64,000 nt of DNA from Octopus sinensis (Eukaryota), in the NCBI RefSeq assembly GCF_006345805.1, contig NW_021833123.1, forward strand, positions 19,194-83,193, given 5' to 3'. This document shows positions 54,322 to 64,000 of the stretch, piece after piece. The first letter of the stretch is position 1, and the number at the start of each line of letters is the position of its first letter. The notes beneath the pieces were generated by a model. The model was not told the DNA's origin and did no database searches. It was given only the letters and a program-made list of their open reading frames with translations. A program made the position numbers and the translations under genes.

Positions 54322-56165
54322 ACTGCACTTAATGTAGCATGGCTAGATTATAAAAAAGCATATGACATGGTGCCACACAATTGGATAAGTAAAACAATGA
54401 TTAGCATGTTTGGAATAGCCAAAAACATGGAGAAAATGCTTAATGAAAGTATGAAACATTAGAATACTGAATTGGTCGGAGGAAAACAAAAATTCGGAAA
54501 AGTGAACATCAGACGTGGAATATTCTAAGGTTATAGTTTATCTCCATTACTATTCGTATTGGCCATGACACCGCTCACTGTGATACTACAGAAAGCTAAA
54601 ATTGTTTACGACTTGGGAAAAGGAAATGGTCAGATAAGTCATCGCCTTTTCATGGATGATATAAAGGTTTATGCGAAAAATGAGAAACAGCTTGAAAGTC
54701 TTGTATATACTATCTGTTTTTCTCAAATGATGTATGGAATTTGGGATAGAAAAGCGCTCTATACTTAAAATGAAACAAGAAAGAGTTGGAAAAGGTTAGG
54801 GAAATGAAATGTCAAATGGGCAAACAATAAAATCAATTGAGAAAAGACAGTGGTATAAATACTTCGGAATACTGGAAGCAGACGATATAAAAAAAATGAA
54901 GAAATGAAACAAATTACGAGTATGTAGAACATAAGGAGGGTAAGAAAATTATTGCAGTCAAAGCTAAATTCAAAAAATCTTATTGAGGCAATAAATTCAA
55001 GAGCAGTGCCCTTAATCAGACATTGAGTTGGAATTGTAGACTGGACCAAAAACGATATAAAGAAAGTCGACAGAAAAAAAAAGAAAGTTGTTGTCGTTGT
55101 ATTGAGCTACCATTCGAAAGCTGATATCATGCGGCTGTACTTGAGGAGAAACCAGGGTGGAAGAGTAGAATAATAATAATAGCAGTAGAAGAATGTGTAC
55201 AGATGGACAGAGAAATCCTGGTAGAGTATTTATACAGCAGAACAGAAAAACTTCTAAAGACAGTGACGGAAAAACAGGTAATCAAGCGCGTAATAGGGAA
55301 AAAGACAAGAATGAAATACAAAGAGAACACGTCAGGTAGATTGAAGAGAAACCTATGCATGGCCAATTTTGGAGAGTCACCGAAGACGTATGTGGAACAA
55401 AATCCTGGAATTGCCCCCTAATGGGGTAATTAAAAAGAGAAACAGAGAGCCTAATTGCAGCAGCCCTAGATCAAGCGATAAAAACCAACAATTTGAGGAA
55501 AAATATATAGAGAGAGAATGTATCAGAAAAATGTCGAACTTTGAACGAGACAGTGGCACACATTATGGTATTATGACCAAAGTTGGCACAAAGAGAATAT
55601 AAGAAATGGAGGCATGACCAGGTTATAAAACGTTTACATTGGAAACTATACCAGAAATGGGGATTTGAAGCTGGAAACACATGGTAGAATTACCGAGTTG
55701 TAAGAGTCTTGGAGTCGGAGAAATCTGAGATTTTGTGGGACATTCCTTTTTAAACGGACGTGATGTTAGAAAACAATAGACCGGACATAACTATTATAGA
55801 TAAGGAAAAGTGAAGTTGTTTAGTAATCCACCCAACATGTCTGTTTGATTCCACGAAAAACAAGCAAAAGGAAAACAAGCCCTTAGAATTTAAAATAGGA
55901 AGAAATTGAAATTTCGAGCATGAAAACAGCAAAGTTTGTGCCTATAATAACTGGGGGTGTTGCGGACAGTAAGCAATGGTATAGACAAATGACTGAATGA
56001 GATTGAAATAGAAATCCCGGTAGAGCTCCAACAGAAATTTTGTCTCTTATGGACATCAAGGATCATTAGGAGGGTTCTAAGCACTTGAAAGACAGCTGAA
56101 AACTTTTGGATACCTAAGGATACAGGTAGTAACCCGCTACCGACATAAATCCTACCAGGAATAAT
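54322..56165 (+). mobile_element. R4/Dong-type non-LTR retrotransposon relic (RT + zinc knuckle + RLE)
   Basis: AWLDYKKAYDMVPH, RGIF*GYSLSPLLF, FMDDIKVYA, YKYFGI, ETESLIAAALDQ, WRHDQV, NNRPDI, LQKFCLL; many stops; (AAT)n flanks. Confidence 0.92.
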
Positions 56166-56250
56166 ACTGAACTTGAGCCAAACCAAAATAATGATAATAA
56201 TGATAATAATAATAATAATAATAATAATGATGATGATGATGATGATGATG

Positions 56251-56322
<72 letters not shown>

Positions 56323-56329
56323 TTTCGAC

Positions 56330-56530
56330 TACAAGCACAATGCCTGAAATTTAAGGGGTTAGTCGATAACTATGACCCCAATACTGTACGGGAACTTATT
56401 TTATTCACCTCGAGAAAGATGAAAAGCTAAATCGACTTTGGTAGAATTTGAAATCAAATAACGTAGAGACAGAAGGAATACCGCGAAGCCATTTTGTCCG
56501 GCATTTAACTATTCTGACAGCTCACCAATT
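56330..56530 (-). mobile_element. SINE family B, diverged
   Basis: gaaagatgaaaagctaaatcgac..aatttgaaatc..attctgacagctc. Confidence 0.65.
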
Positions 56531-56964
56531 TATCCAATAATAATGATGATGATAATGATGATGATGATGAATACGGTGAGAACAGCGTGTGTATATATAC
56601 GAACGTGGCAATATATGTACGTGTATGAGTTTATGTTGGGCATGTGAGAAAGCAGGCTTTTAGTGAGATTTAAACACCATGGCGTATTATATTCAGTTTT
56701 ATCACGTCATCTTCTTTTACGGGTCTCTTATATTTCTACACATCTTTTCATTTTTGCCAGCAAGCTCGAATCAGTTTGAAGATAACACATCTGGACACAG
56801 AAACTAGTACTGGAAGCCTTTTATCTTTTTTTTTAATTTTTATATAATATTGCTTACTAATAATTGTGTATCTTGGGATATGATACTGTACAATATTTCG
56901 TTGCAACATACTTTATGTATGCATGTGGTATGAGTGTGTCTATGTTGTGTTTGTGTCCAAGCAT

Positions 56965-57137
56965 GTGTGGGTATATATGCGTGAGTGTGTCCATATATAC
57001 GTGAATGTGTGTATTTGTGTGTGTGCTTGTGTATACATACATATGTATGAATATTAATATGTGTGAGTATATATGCGTGAGTGTGTCCATATATGCGTGA
57101 ATGTGTGTATTTGTGTGTGTGCTTGTGTATACATACA
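56965..57137. repeat. ~96 bp period tandem duplication of GT-rich sequence
   Basis: gtatatatgcgtgagtgtgtccatat..gcttgtgtatacatac occurs twice. Confidence 0.85.
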
Positions 57138-57615
57138 CGTATGTTGTTAGTATGTATGAATATTTATTTTTGTGTGTATGTATGTGTATGCGCGTGAGTG
57201 TATAAGTGAATGTGTGTAGGTATTAGTGTATTGTGTGTGTGTGCAGAAGGGGATGTACATATGCATGTGTTTATATTTTCTAGTGTTTAAGTGATAGCTC
57301 TGAAATTGAAACTAAAAGCTGAACGCAAAATAAGTTTCCTTAAATAATTTCAAAATAAATACTAATTCATGATACTCCCCTACCAAAAAAAAAAAAAACC
57401 CCAAAAAACTGAGAAAACAACTACAGTGTCAGAACACAAACATATAACATTCACTTTTATATACATGTGCACACAATCATGCATGTGTTTGCACACATAC
57501 ACGCATGTATGTGTGTGCGTGTAGGTGTGAATGTATGTATTATGTAATGTACAAAAGAGCGCAATAGAAACAAAAGGAGGGAATTATATATATGTCTGCG
57601 CGAATGTATGCATTA

Positions 57616-57646
<31 letters not shown>

Positions 57647-57770
57647 CATATATAAATGAAAACTGCATTAAATACTAAAATAACGTATATGTAGAACAGA
57701 TACAGAAGGACCCTAATTCTTCACCGGTTATCACCGAATTGTTAATACTCAGTTTCATACCTTTAATATA

Positions 57771-57833
<63 letters not shown>

Positions 57834-57934
57834 ATATATGTATATTTTCTTGTATCTGGGGAGAATCATTCTCTTTTAATGCCTTATAATTTCACACGCT
57901 CACCATTAAAATTTCCACTCATTCCTTTATTTTT

Positions 57935-57971
57935 CTAAAATTTTCGTTGCGTCTTGCAACCTTTTCAATAG
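57935..57971 (-). ncRNA. Minimal hammerhead-like motif, U3-A8 variant
   Basis: Minus strand: cta-TTGAAAA-g-gttgc aagac gcaac-GAAA-AT-TT-tag. Confidence 0.55.
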
Positions 57972-58027
57972 TTTTGACTTTGTCCGTTATTCCCACTGCA
58001 ACCTTTTTGTTTGTGCGCATCTCTCTC

Positions 58028-58116
<89 letters not shown>

Positions 58117-58166
58117 AAAACAAGTCAAAAATAGAAAATGCTAAGATGATTTTATAGTGAATCTTT

Positions 58167-58204
58167 CAGTACCGATTTCGGTCATTTTGAGACCTTTTCA
58201 ACTG
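58167..58204 (-). ncRNA. Minimal type I hammerhead, U3-A8 variant
   Basis: Minus strand: cag-TTGAAAA-ggtc tcaaaat gacc-GAAA-tcgg-TA-ctg. Confidence 0.7.
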
Positions 58205-58272
58205 TAACGATTAAATAATTAAATTTAGAAAAATTAGAAGAAAAGTTTTTTTAAAGGAAAATATATATATAT

Positions 58273-58478
58273 ATGAACGCCATGTTGGACCGTTAGCTCC
58301 TGCACGCATTTTTTTCTCTCCTCGTTTCTTTTCTGTGTATCTTTCTGTCGAAGAGCGTAGGCTCGAAACGTAAAAGCCTTGTTTTATTTCTATTCCTGAG
58401 CGCCAAACTAATACAATTGTTTGTTTGTACTCCACCTGCCTTCGTCTTTTGTTTATTTTCATAAACCTTCCCGTTATT
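58273..58478 (+). mobile_element. Short TA-flanked element with HHR-like motif
   Basis: cttt-CTGTCGA-a-gagc gtag gctc-GAAA-CG-TA-aaag at 58341-58376; homolog at 2555-2752. Confidence 0.65.
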
Positions 58479-58647
58479 TATATATATATATATATATATA
58501 CGACACACTGTACATTTAAACGCATAAGTAATCCACTTATGGGAATTGAACACGCTAGAAAGAACAGCTAGGTTCAATAACCACAAAATTGGGGATAAAA
58601 TTCGACAGGAACAAATTGAAAAATGAAGAACATTTTACCATCTAGTT

Positions 58648-58721
58648 TCCTGGAGCAATTGGTTTCTGATTTTAGTTTAGCTAGTCAAGGAACTCGCTAG
58701 GTGCAATCTTCTTCAGCAGGA
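58648..58721 (-). ncRNA. Type I hammerhead (inverted copy)
   Basis: Minus strand: tcctg-CTGAAGA-stem II-GAAA-CCAATTG-CTC-cagga. Confidence 0.7.
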
Positions 58722-58921
58722 CCACCTAGGGTTAAACGTTCCATTTCCTTTTGATATGATTAAATATTGTGTTTTGGATAATTTTCGTTTTAAAAGTTGG
58801 CGGGGTTTTTATTGGCGGTGAAGGGCTGCGGCTGCGCAGAAGATTTTGAAAAAAGTTAGGACGTATTAACACAGGGCAAGTAGTTTGATCGTCCCGTGTG
58901 TATACGTTTAACCCTAGGTGG

Positions 58922-58995
58922 TCCTGCTGAAGAAGATTGCACCTAGCGAGTTCCTTGACTCGCTAAACTAAAATCAGAAACCAATTGGACCAGGA
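58922..58995 (+). ncRNA. Type I hammerhead with extended stem II
   Basis: tcctg-CTGAAGA-a gatt..tagcgagt/actcgcta..aatc a-GAAA-CCAATTG-GAC-cagga. Confidence 0.75.
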
Positions 58996-59238
58996 AACTA
59001 GATGGTAAAATGTTTTTCATCTTTCAATTCGTTCCTGTCGAAATTCATCCCAAATTTTTGTGGTTATAGAACCTAGCTGTTCTTTCCTATAACTGGATTC
59101 CTTATGTGTTTAAATATACACTATATCGTATGACTAATATTTAGTCGTTTTGACTAGATTTTTTACACGTTAGACCACTAGAAATGTAAATTTTAATTAA
59201 TTTCCATTTCCCTTTGATATGATTATATATATATATAG

Positions 59239-59288
<50 letters not shown>

Positions 59289-59292
59289 TATA

Positions 59293-59406
59293 TATAACCA
59301 AGAAAAAAACAACAAGAATGGATCGGTATATTAGTACAATTGTTTCATACTATAAACAATTGTACTAATCTACCGATCCATTCTTGTTGCTTTTTTCTTG
59401 GTTATA
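59293..59406. repeat. Near-perfect ~114 bp hairpin containing an HHR 3' half
   Basis: tataaccaagaaaa..acaattgttt / aaacaattgt..ttcttggttata; minus strand reads GAAA-CAATTG-TA. Confidence 0.85.
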
Positions 59407-59867
59407 ATCACCCCACATAATTTTATGGTTAATACCATAAAGAATTCTGGTGCATCTAAGTTAAGTACCATATTCATTTGAATTCATTTGAATTCATTTG
59501 AATCTTAATAGTTTTGCTGAAATTATATATATATATATATACACATACACACACAAAGACATACGTGCATATGTATACGTACATACATACATACATACAT
59601 ACATACATACATCACTCGCAATCACACACAAATGTTCACTTCTATTTATATACATATATAACAAACGTATTCATGCCTGTATGCTCGTAGTAGTATATGT
59701 GCGTTTAGATGTTTGTATTTTATTCCTTTCTGTTTTGTGAAAAGTTATTTAAAATGTAAAAATCAACACCCACTCACATTAATGTGCACGCGTGTACACA
59801 TATATGTATATAGATTGATATGCGTGTGTGTATATATATATATGCATATATATATATATATATATAT

Positions 59868-59904
<37 letters not shown>

Positions 59905-60644
59905 TAAATATATTTATATGTAAATATGTGTGTATGTGTCTACGTGTGAGTGTGCATGTGTATGTACGTGTAAATGTATATCATTGTGTACATATGATAA
60001 CTCATAGCAACATATAACTTTCTTGTTGAATTTCAAGCAGCGAATGTGGTATTAAACGATTAAATTGGATTTAGATTAAGGAAATTATTGCCTCACTCAT
60101 TACATGCTTAAAATGCTAACAACATTTGGCACACCCACATTTATCCACAGTAGTCTTCAGTTTGTATCACACTGTCCATAGTATTCTTTATATTTAAATT
60201 GTTTTTTTTTATTTTATTTTTCCCCACTAAAATTGCCGTAAAGGGAAGTTGCTCTGTGACGAAACACTACAGCGATTAACATATTTAAGTTCGAATCTGC
60301 CGCAACATATTAAGAATATATATGTAAGACATCGCTTCGATTCTCTCTGTTCAACGTGCAAATAATAATTCATTTTGCTGGTAGGAGATATCGATACGGA
60401 TCAGCAAAGAGTTTGTTGGCTGAAGTTATAAACAAGAACTTTCACCCTGGCTGACAAGATGCAATGATGTCGAAATACTAGATATACCAGAGTATATCTT
60501 GCTGAAATATATCGAGTGTGTTTAGCGTTTAGCGTATTCACGTTCGAATCTGCTGGAAAGTATCAGGAATAAAGAGGCAAATTATTGCCTGGAATTTTAC
60601 CGTTCTTTGTACATATGCCGATTTCTTACCCGATTTTTTTCTTC

Positions 60645-60790
60645 ACTGCATGGTAACGTATTTCCTTCCCAACCACATAGTTCCGGGTTCAGTCCGACTG
60701 TTGGTACTCGGCCAGCTGCCCTCCACAACAGCCTTGGGCCAATGCAATCCTTGTGAGTGGATTTGGTAGACAGAAACTGGAAAGGTCCGT
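60645..60790 (-). mobile_element. SINE family A head fragment (body reads on the + strand)
   Basis: aaccacatagttccgggttcagtcc..ttgtgagtggatttggtagac; same orientation as 62932-63395. Confidence 0.3.
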
Positions 60791-61052
60791 TGTTTAGAAA
60801 AGATGTGAAAACTCCCTATTTGTTCAAACTTGGAACATCGAGGTCTGGGAGTCCTGATAGATGGTAACACTGAACAAAGGGGGTGTTTCCACACCTTATT
60901 TTCACAAGAGAAACATTTTCTCTGCGATAACTGCTGTAAATTTGCCTTTTAGCAGTTCAAATAGTTCACAAACATATTATAACTAGCCTAAACTTTGCTT
61001 TTGCCTTAACATCGCTACACGCTAATATTTCCACACACATACACACACGCGT

Positions 61053-61750
61053 ATACAGGGTGCAATGGGTAAATTGTTGCTATTTTATATTATTAATTTT
61101 GCGCATTCACAGTTTGGTTTTTGATTTTGTCGACTAAACAGTGTAGTAGGATTAGTTGGGGACCGTCTGTGAGAAAACCAGCACCATGACGCATTTCACT
61201 CTGCCACTCATTTGGAAAGGACATGCTGACCTGCTTGGCATTCCCGCCAGAAGCCTCAATACGAGCATTTCAGAGTGTTTGGACGTCAAACTGAGGAGAG
61301 TGCAATCCGAGGACATGTACCGAAAGTGATAAAAATCAAACATGCAGTCAACATCATGGTGTTTGGAGTGATTGCTACTGATAACGACGTTATGCTCCCA
61401 TTCAGCTTCTCACATCTTCCATTCATCTGGCCACCTAACTCCCCAGACTGCAAAGCCCTTGATTGTTAAATGTGGGGTGCAGGTGAGCGAGCGACCAATA
61501 AAACTCCTTGTAACACCAAAGAAGGACTGACGGCAAGGATTATGGCATCATTCACCAACTTAAACAAGTGGAGCATCCAAAAGTGTTGCAGGAGATTCTG
61601 AAGTCGTCTGGAGGCTGTGGTTGAAGCCAATGGCGATTTTATTGAATGAATCTACTCTTTAGTATTTCAGGATATTTTTATGCAATTTTGGTAAATATAT
61701 CTTTTAAAATGAATTGTCAGTGTTATTTTCATTTCTGTTTAATCTATACG

Positions 61751-61752
<2 letters not shown>
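61053..61752 (+). mobile_element. Internally deleted Tc1/maT-like element, same family as 24050-24670
   Basis: tacagggtg end; MVFGVIATDNDVM, IWPPNSPDCKALD, RRF*SRLEAVVEANGDFIE. Confidence 0.8.
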
Positions 61753-61824
<72 letters not shown>

Positions 61825-61838
61825 GAGAGAGATAGAAG

Positions 61839-61912
<74 letters not shown>

Positions 61913-62034
61913 AACTTACTTGGAAATGAACGCGTGGCGTTCGATCATATAATAACAAAATAATATATAAACATATGCATATATACATACATATATGTAC
62001 ATACCTACATCTATATGTATATATACATGCATAT

Positions 62035-62300
62035 ATGGGTACAGGACACCAAAAAACCGCTGAACACAATGAGAAACGAAAACATAAAACCACAAACATG
62101 GAAACAGATTTCTTTTCAACAACTAAAGCACAGAGTACAAGACATTCAAAACAAGGAATATTCTCCTTCTTCAGTTGTCCCTGTTTCGTCTACTCCATAT
62201 TCGAAGGTAAGGACAAGACGTGACTTCGTTGAAACAATCCTTCCCGCAAAGCAAATTTAATAAAATTTGGGATTTTTCTCGGAGGGGTAAAAGTAGTAAC
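62035..62300. mobile_element. Probable short interspersed element next to a TA-rich tract
   Basis: Abrupt compositional boundary; no complete HHR core seen. Confidence 0.3.
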
Positions 62301-62770
62301 CAGAATAGGACAGTAAAAACAAAACCAACACTGCTTATCCTGTCCTTCTCATAAGCTGTCTCCTCAACGCGTTCAAAATAAATTTTCCCTCGTCTTGGCT
62401 TAACAACCTTCATCGTTTGTTTTTACTGTGTTATTCTCCATTGATTTTTATGTGATTATAACATGATTTACTGTTCAGAGAGATATTTTTGCTATTGCAG
62501 ACCATCTGTCTGTCTATATCCACCAATTCATCCATCCATTTATCTCACCATTTACTTATCTGTCTCTCAAACCATCCAACTATCAATGCATCCGTGTTTC
62601 TGCCTGCCTTTTACTCTTTCTCTCTCTCTCTCTCTCTCTCGCTCTCTTCACCTTCTATCTATCTATCTATCTATCTATATATGTATATATATATATCCCT
62701 CTTTCTCTCCCACTCTCTCTATCTCTCTGTCTATATAGATATGTATATATATATATATATATCTATGTAT

Positions 62771-62823
<53 letters not shown>

Positions 62824-62852
62824 CATACACAACACCACACACACACCCACAC

Positions 62853-62931
<79 letters not shown>

Positions 62932-62934
<3 letters not shown>

Positions 62935-63119
62935 TGGCTGTGTGATAAGAAGCTTGCTTCCCCAATCACATGGTTCCGGGTTAAGTGCCAATGCGTGGCA
63001 TTTTGGGCAAGTGCCTGCAGCTATAACTCGGGCCGACCAAGGCCTTTTGAGTGGATTTTGTTGAACGGAAACTGAAAGAAGACCATCGTGTATGTATGTA
63101 TTATATATATATATATATA

Positions 63120-63157
<38 letters not shown>

Positions 63158-63395
63158 CTGTGTGTGTGTGTGTGTGTGTCTGTGTCTGTGTCTGTGTCTG
63201 TGTCTCTGTTTGCCCTTCTCCACTGCTTGACAATCGGTGTTGGTTTGTTTACCGTCCTGCAACTTAGTAGGTCAATAAAACAGAACGATACAATAAGTGC
63301 TAAGTCTAAGAAAAATACGTCCTGGGGTTGATTTCTTCGCCTGAAAATTTCAAAATGGTGTCCCAGAATGGCCGAAGTCAAATGTTGACTGATAC
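62932..63395 (+). mobile_element. SINE family A, near full length
   Basis: gtggctgtgtgataag..ggttccgggtt..ggaaactgaaagaag, internal (TA)n(GT)n, 3' body. Confidence 0.88.
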
Positions 63396-63461
63396 ACAAA
63401 TATGCACACTTATACAAATGCTTGTTTATTAACATGTCTGTCTGCTGTCTGTCTGTCCGTT

Positions 63462-63556
<95 letters not shown>

Positions 63557-63935
63557 ATCTATCTATCTATCTATCTGCCTATCTACCTTCCTACCTGTCT
63601 GTATGTCTATTTACATATCCATCGCTCTGATTCTCGATCTCTCAGACTCAACTACTGCCGTACAAGCTACCCCGTTGTTATATGAAAGTGTTAATTATGC
63701 TTATAATAAAAACACGTGTTTCTCACAGCAGCACGTTGTCTATCTGCCATGTTCAGTCTCTCTGTCTACGTGTAGAGAAGAAAAGGGAGAGAAACGCGGT
63801 CGGTGACTGCATACATACACGTCACCTGCCATTTACGGATCACTAAACACATAAGAAAACACAATATATATATATATGTGTGTGTGTATATATATGTGTA
63901 TGTATGTATATACACTCGTCGTTATATGGACAGGC

Positions 63936-63992
<57 letters not shown>

Positions 63993-64000
63993 TGTGTGTG

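Larger units (their letters stand above)
58499..59225 (+). mobile_element. HHR-bearing PLE/retrozyme-like element: inverted arm, 463 bp unit, terminal direct repeat
   Basis: 58499-58739 is inverted relative to 58904-59130; 24 bp direct repeat at 58739 and 59202; (TA)n on both sides. Confidence 0.8.

Noticed and set aside
60150-60290. gtgac-GAAAC and a reverse ctgaagac nearby
   Set aside because: The boxes are on opposite strands with no palindromic stem III; not a hammerhead.
62160-62290. CTGAAGA and GAAAC on the minus strand
   Set aside because: The order is reversed for a type I fold and I could not build consistent stems.
63785-63805. GAAACGCGGTC hammerhead-like 3' half
   Set aside because: No upstream core or stem II.

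Overview
AT-rich, microsatellite-saturated eukaryotic non-coding DNA (intron or intergenic). The SINE families and simple-repeat load suggest an octopus or other coleoid cephalopod; this is inference. No intact host protein-coding exon is supported, and almost all supplied ORFs are translated microsatellites. Recognisable content: three tRNA-derived SINE families; decayed R4/Dong-type (RLE) and L1/Tx1-type LINEs; a mellifera-type mariner inserted in the Tx1 LINE; Tc1/maT-like and Chapaev3-like relics; MITEs; and a 1.29 kb near-identical tandem duplication. The most striking signal is about 15 complete or partial type I hammerhead-ribozyme (HHR) motifs, from roughly ten unrelated short elements, most inside or beside (TA)n tracts. 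Several have a palindromic minimal stem III, a U3-A8 core swap, a long stem II, fold-back copies or short terminal direct repeats. This fits non-autonomous Penelope-like or retrozyme-type elements. All structures were folded by eye and most copies carry core mutations, so activity is unproven. Repeat boundaries are approximate.
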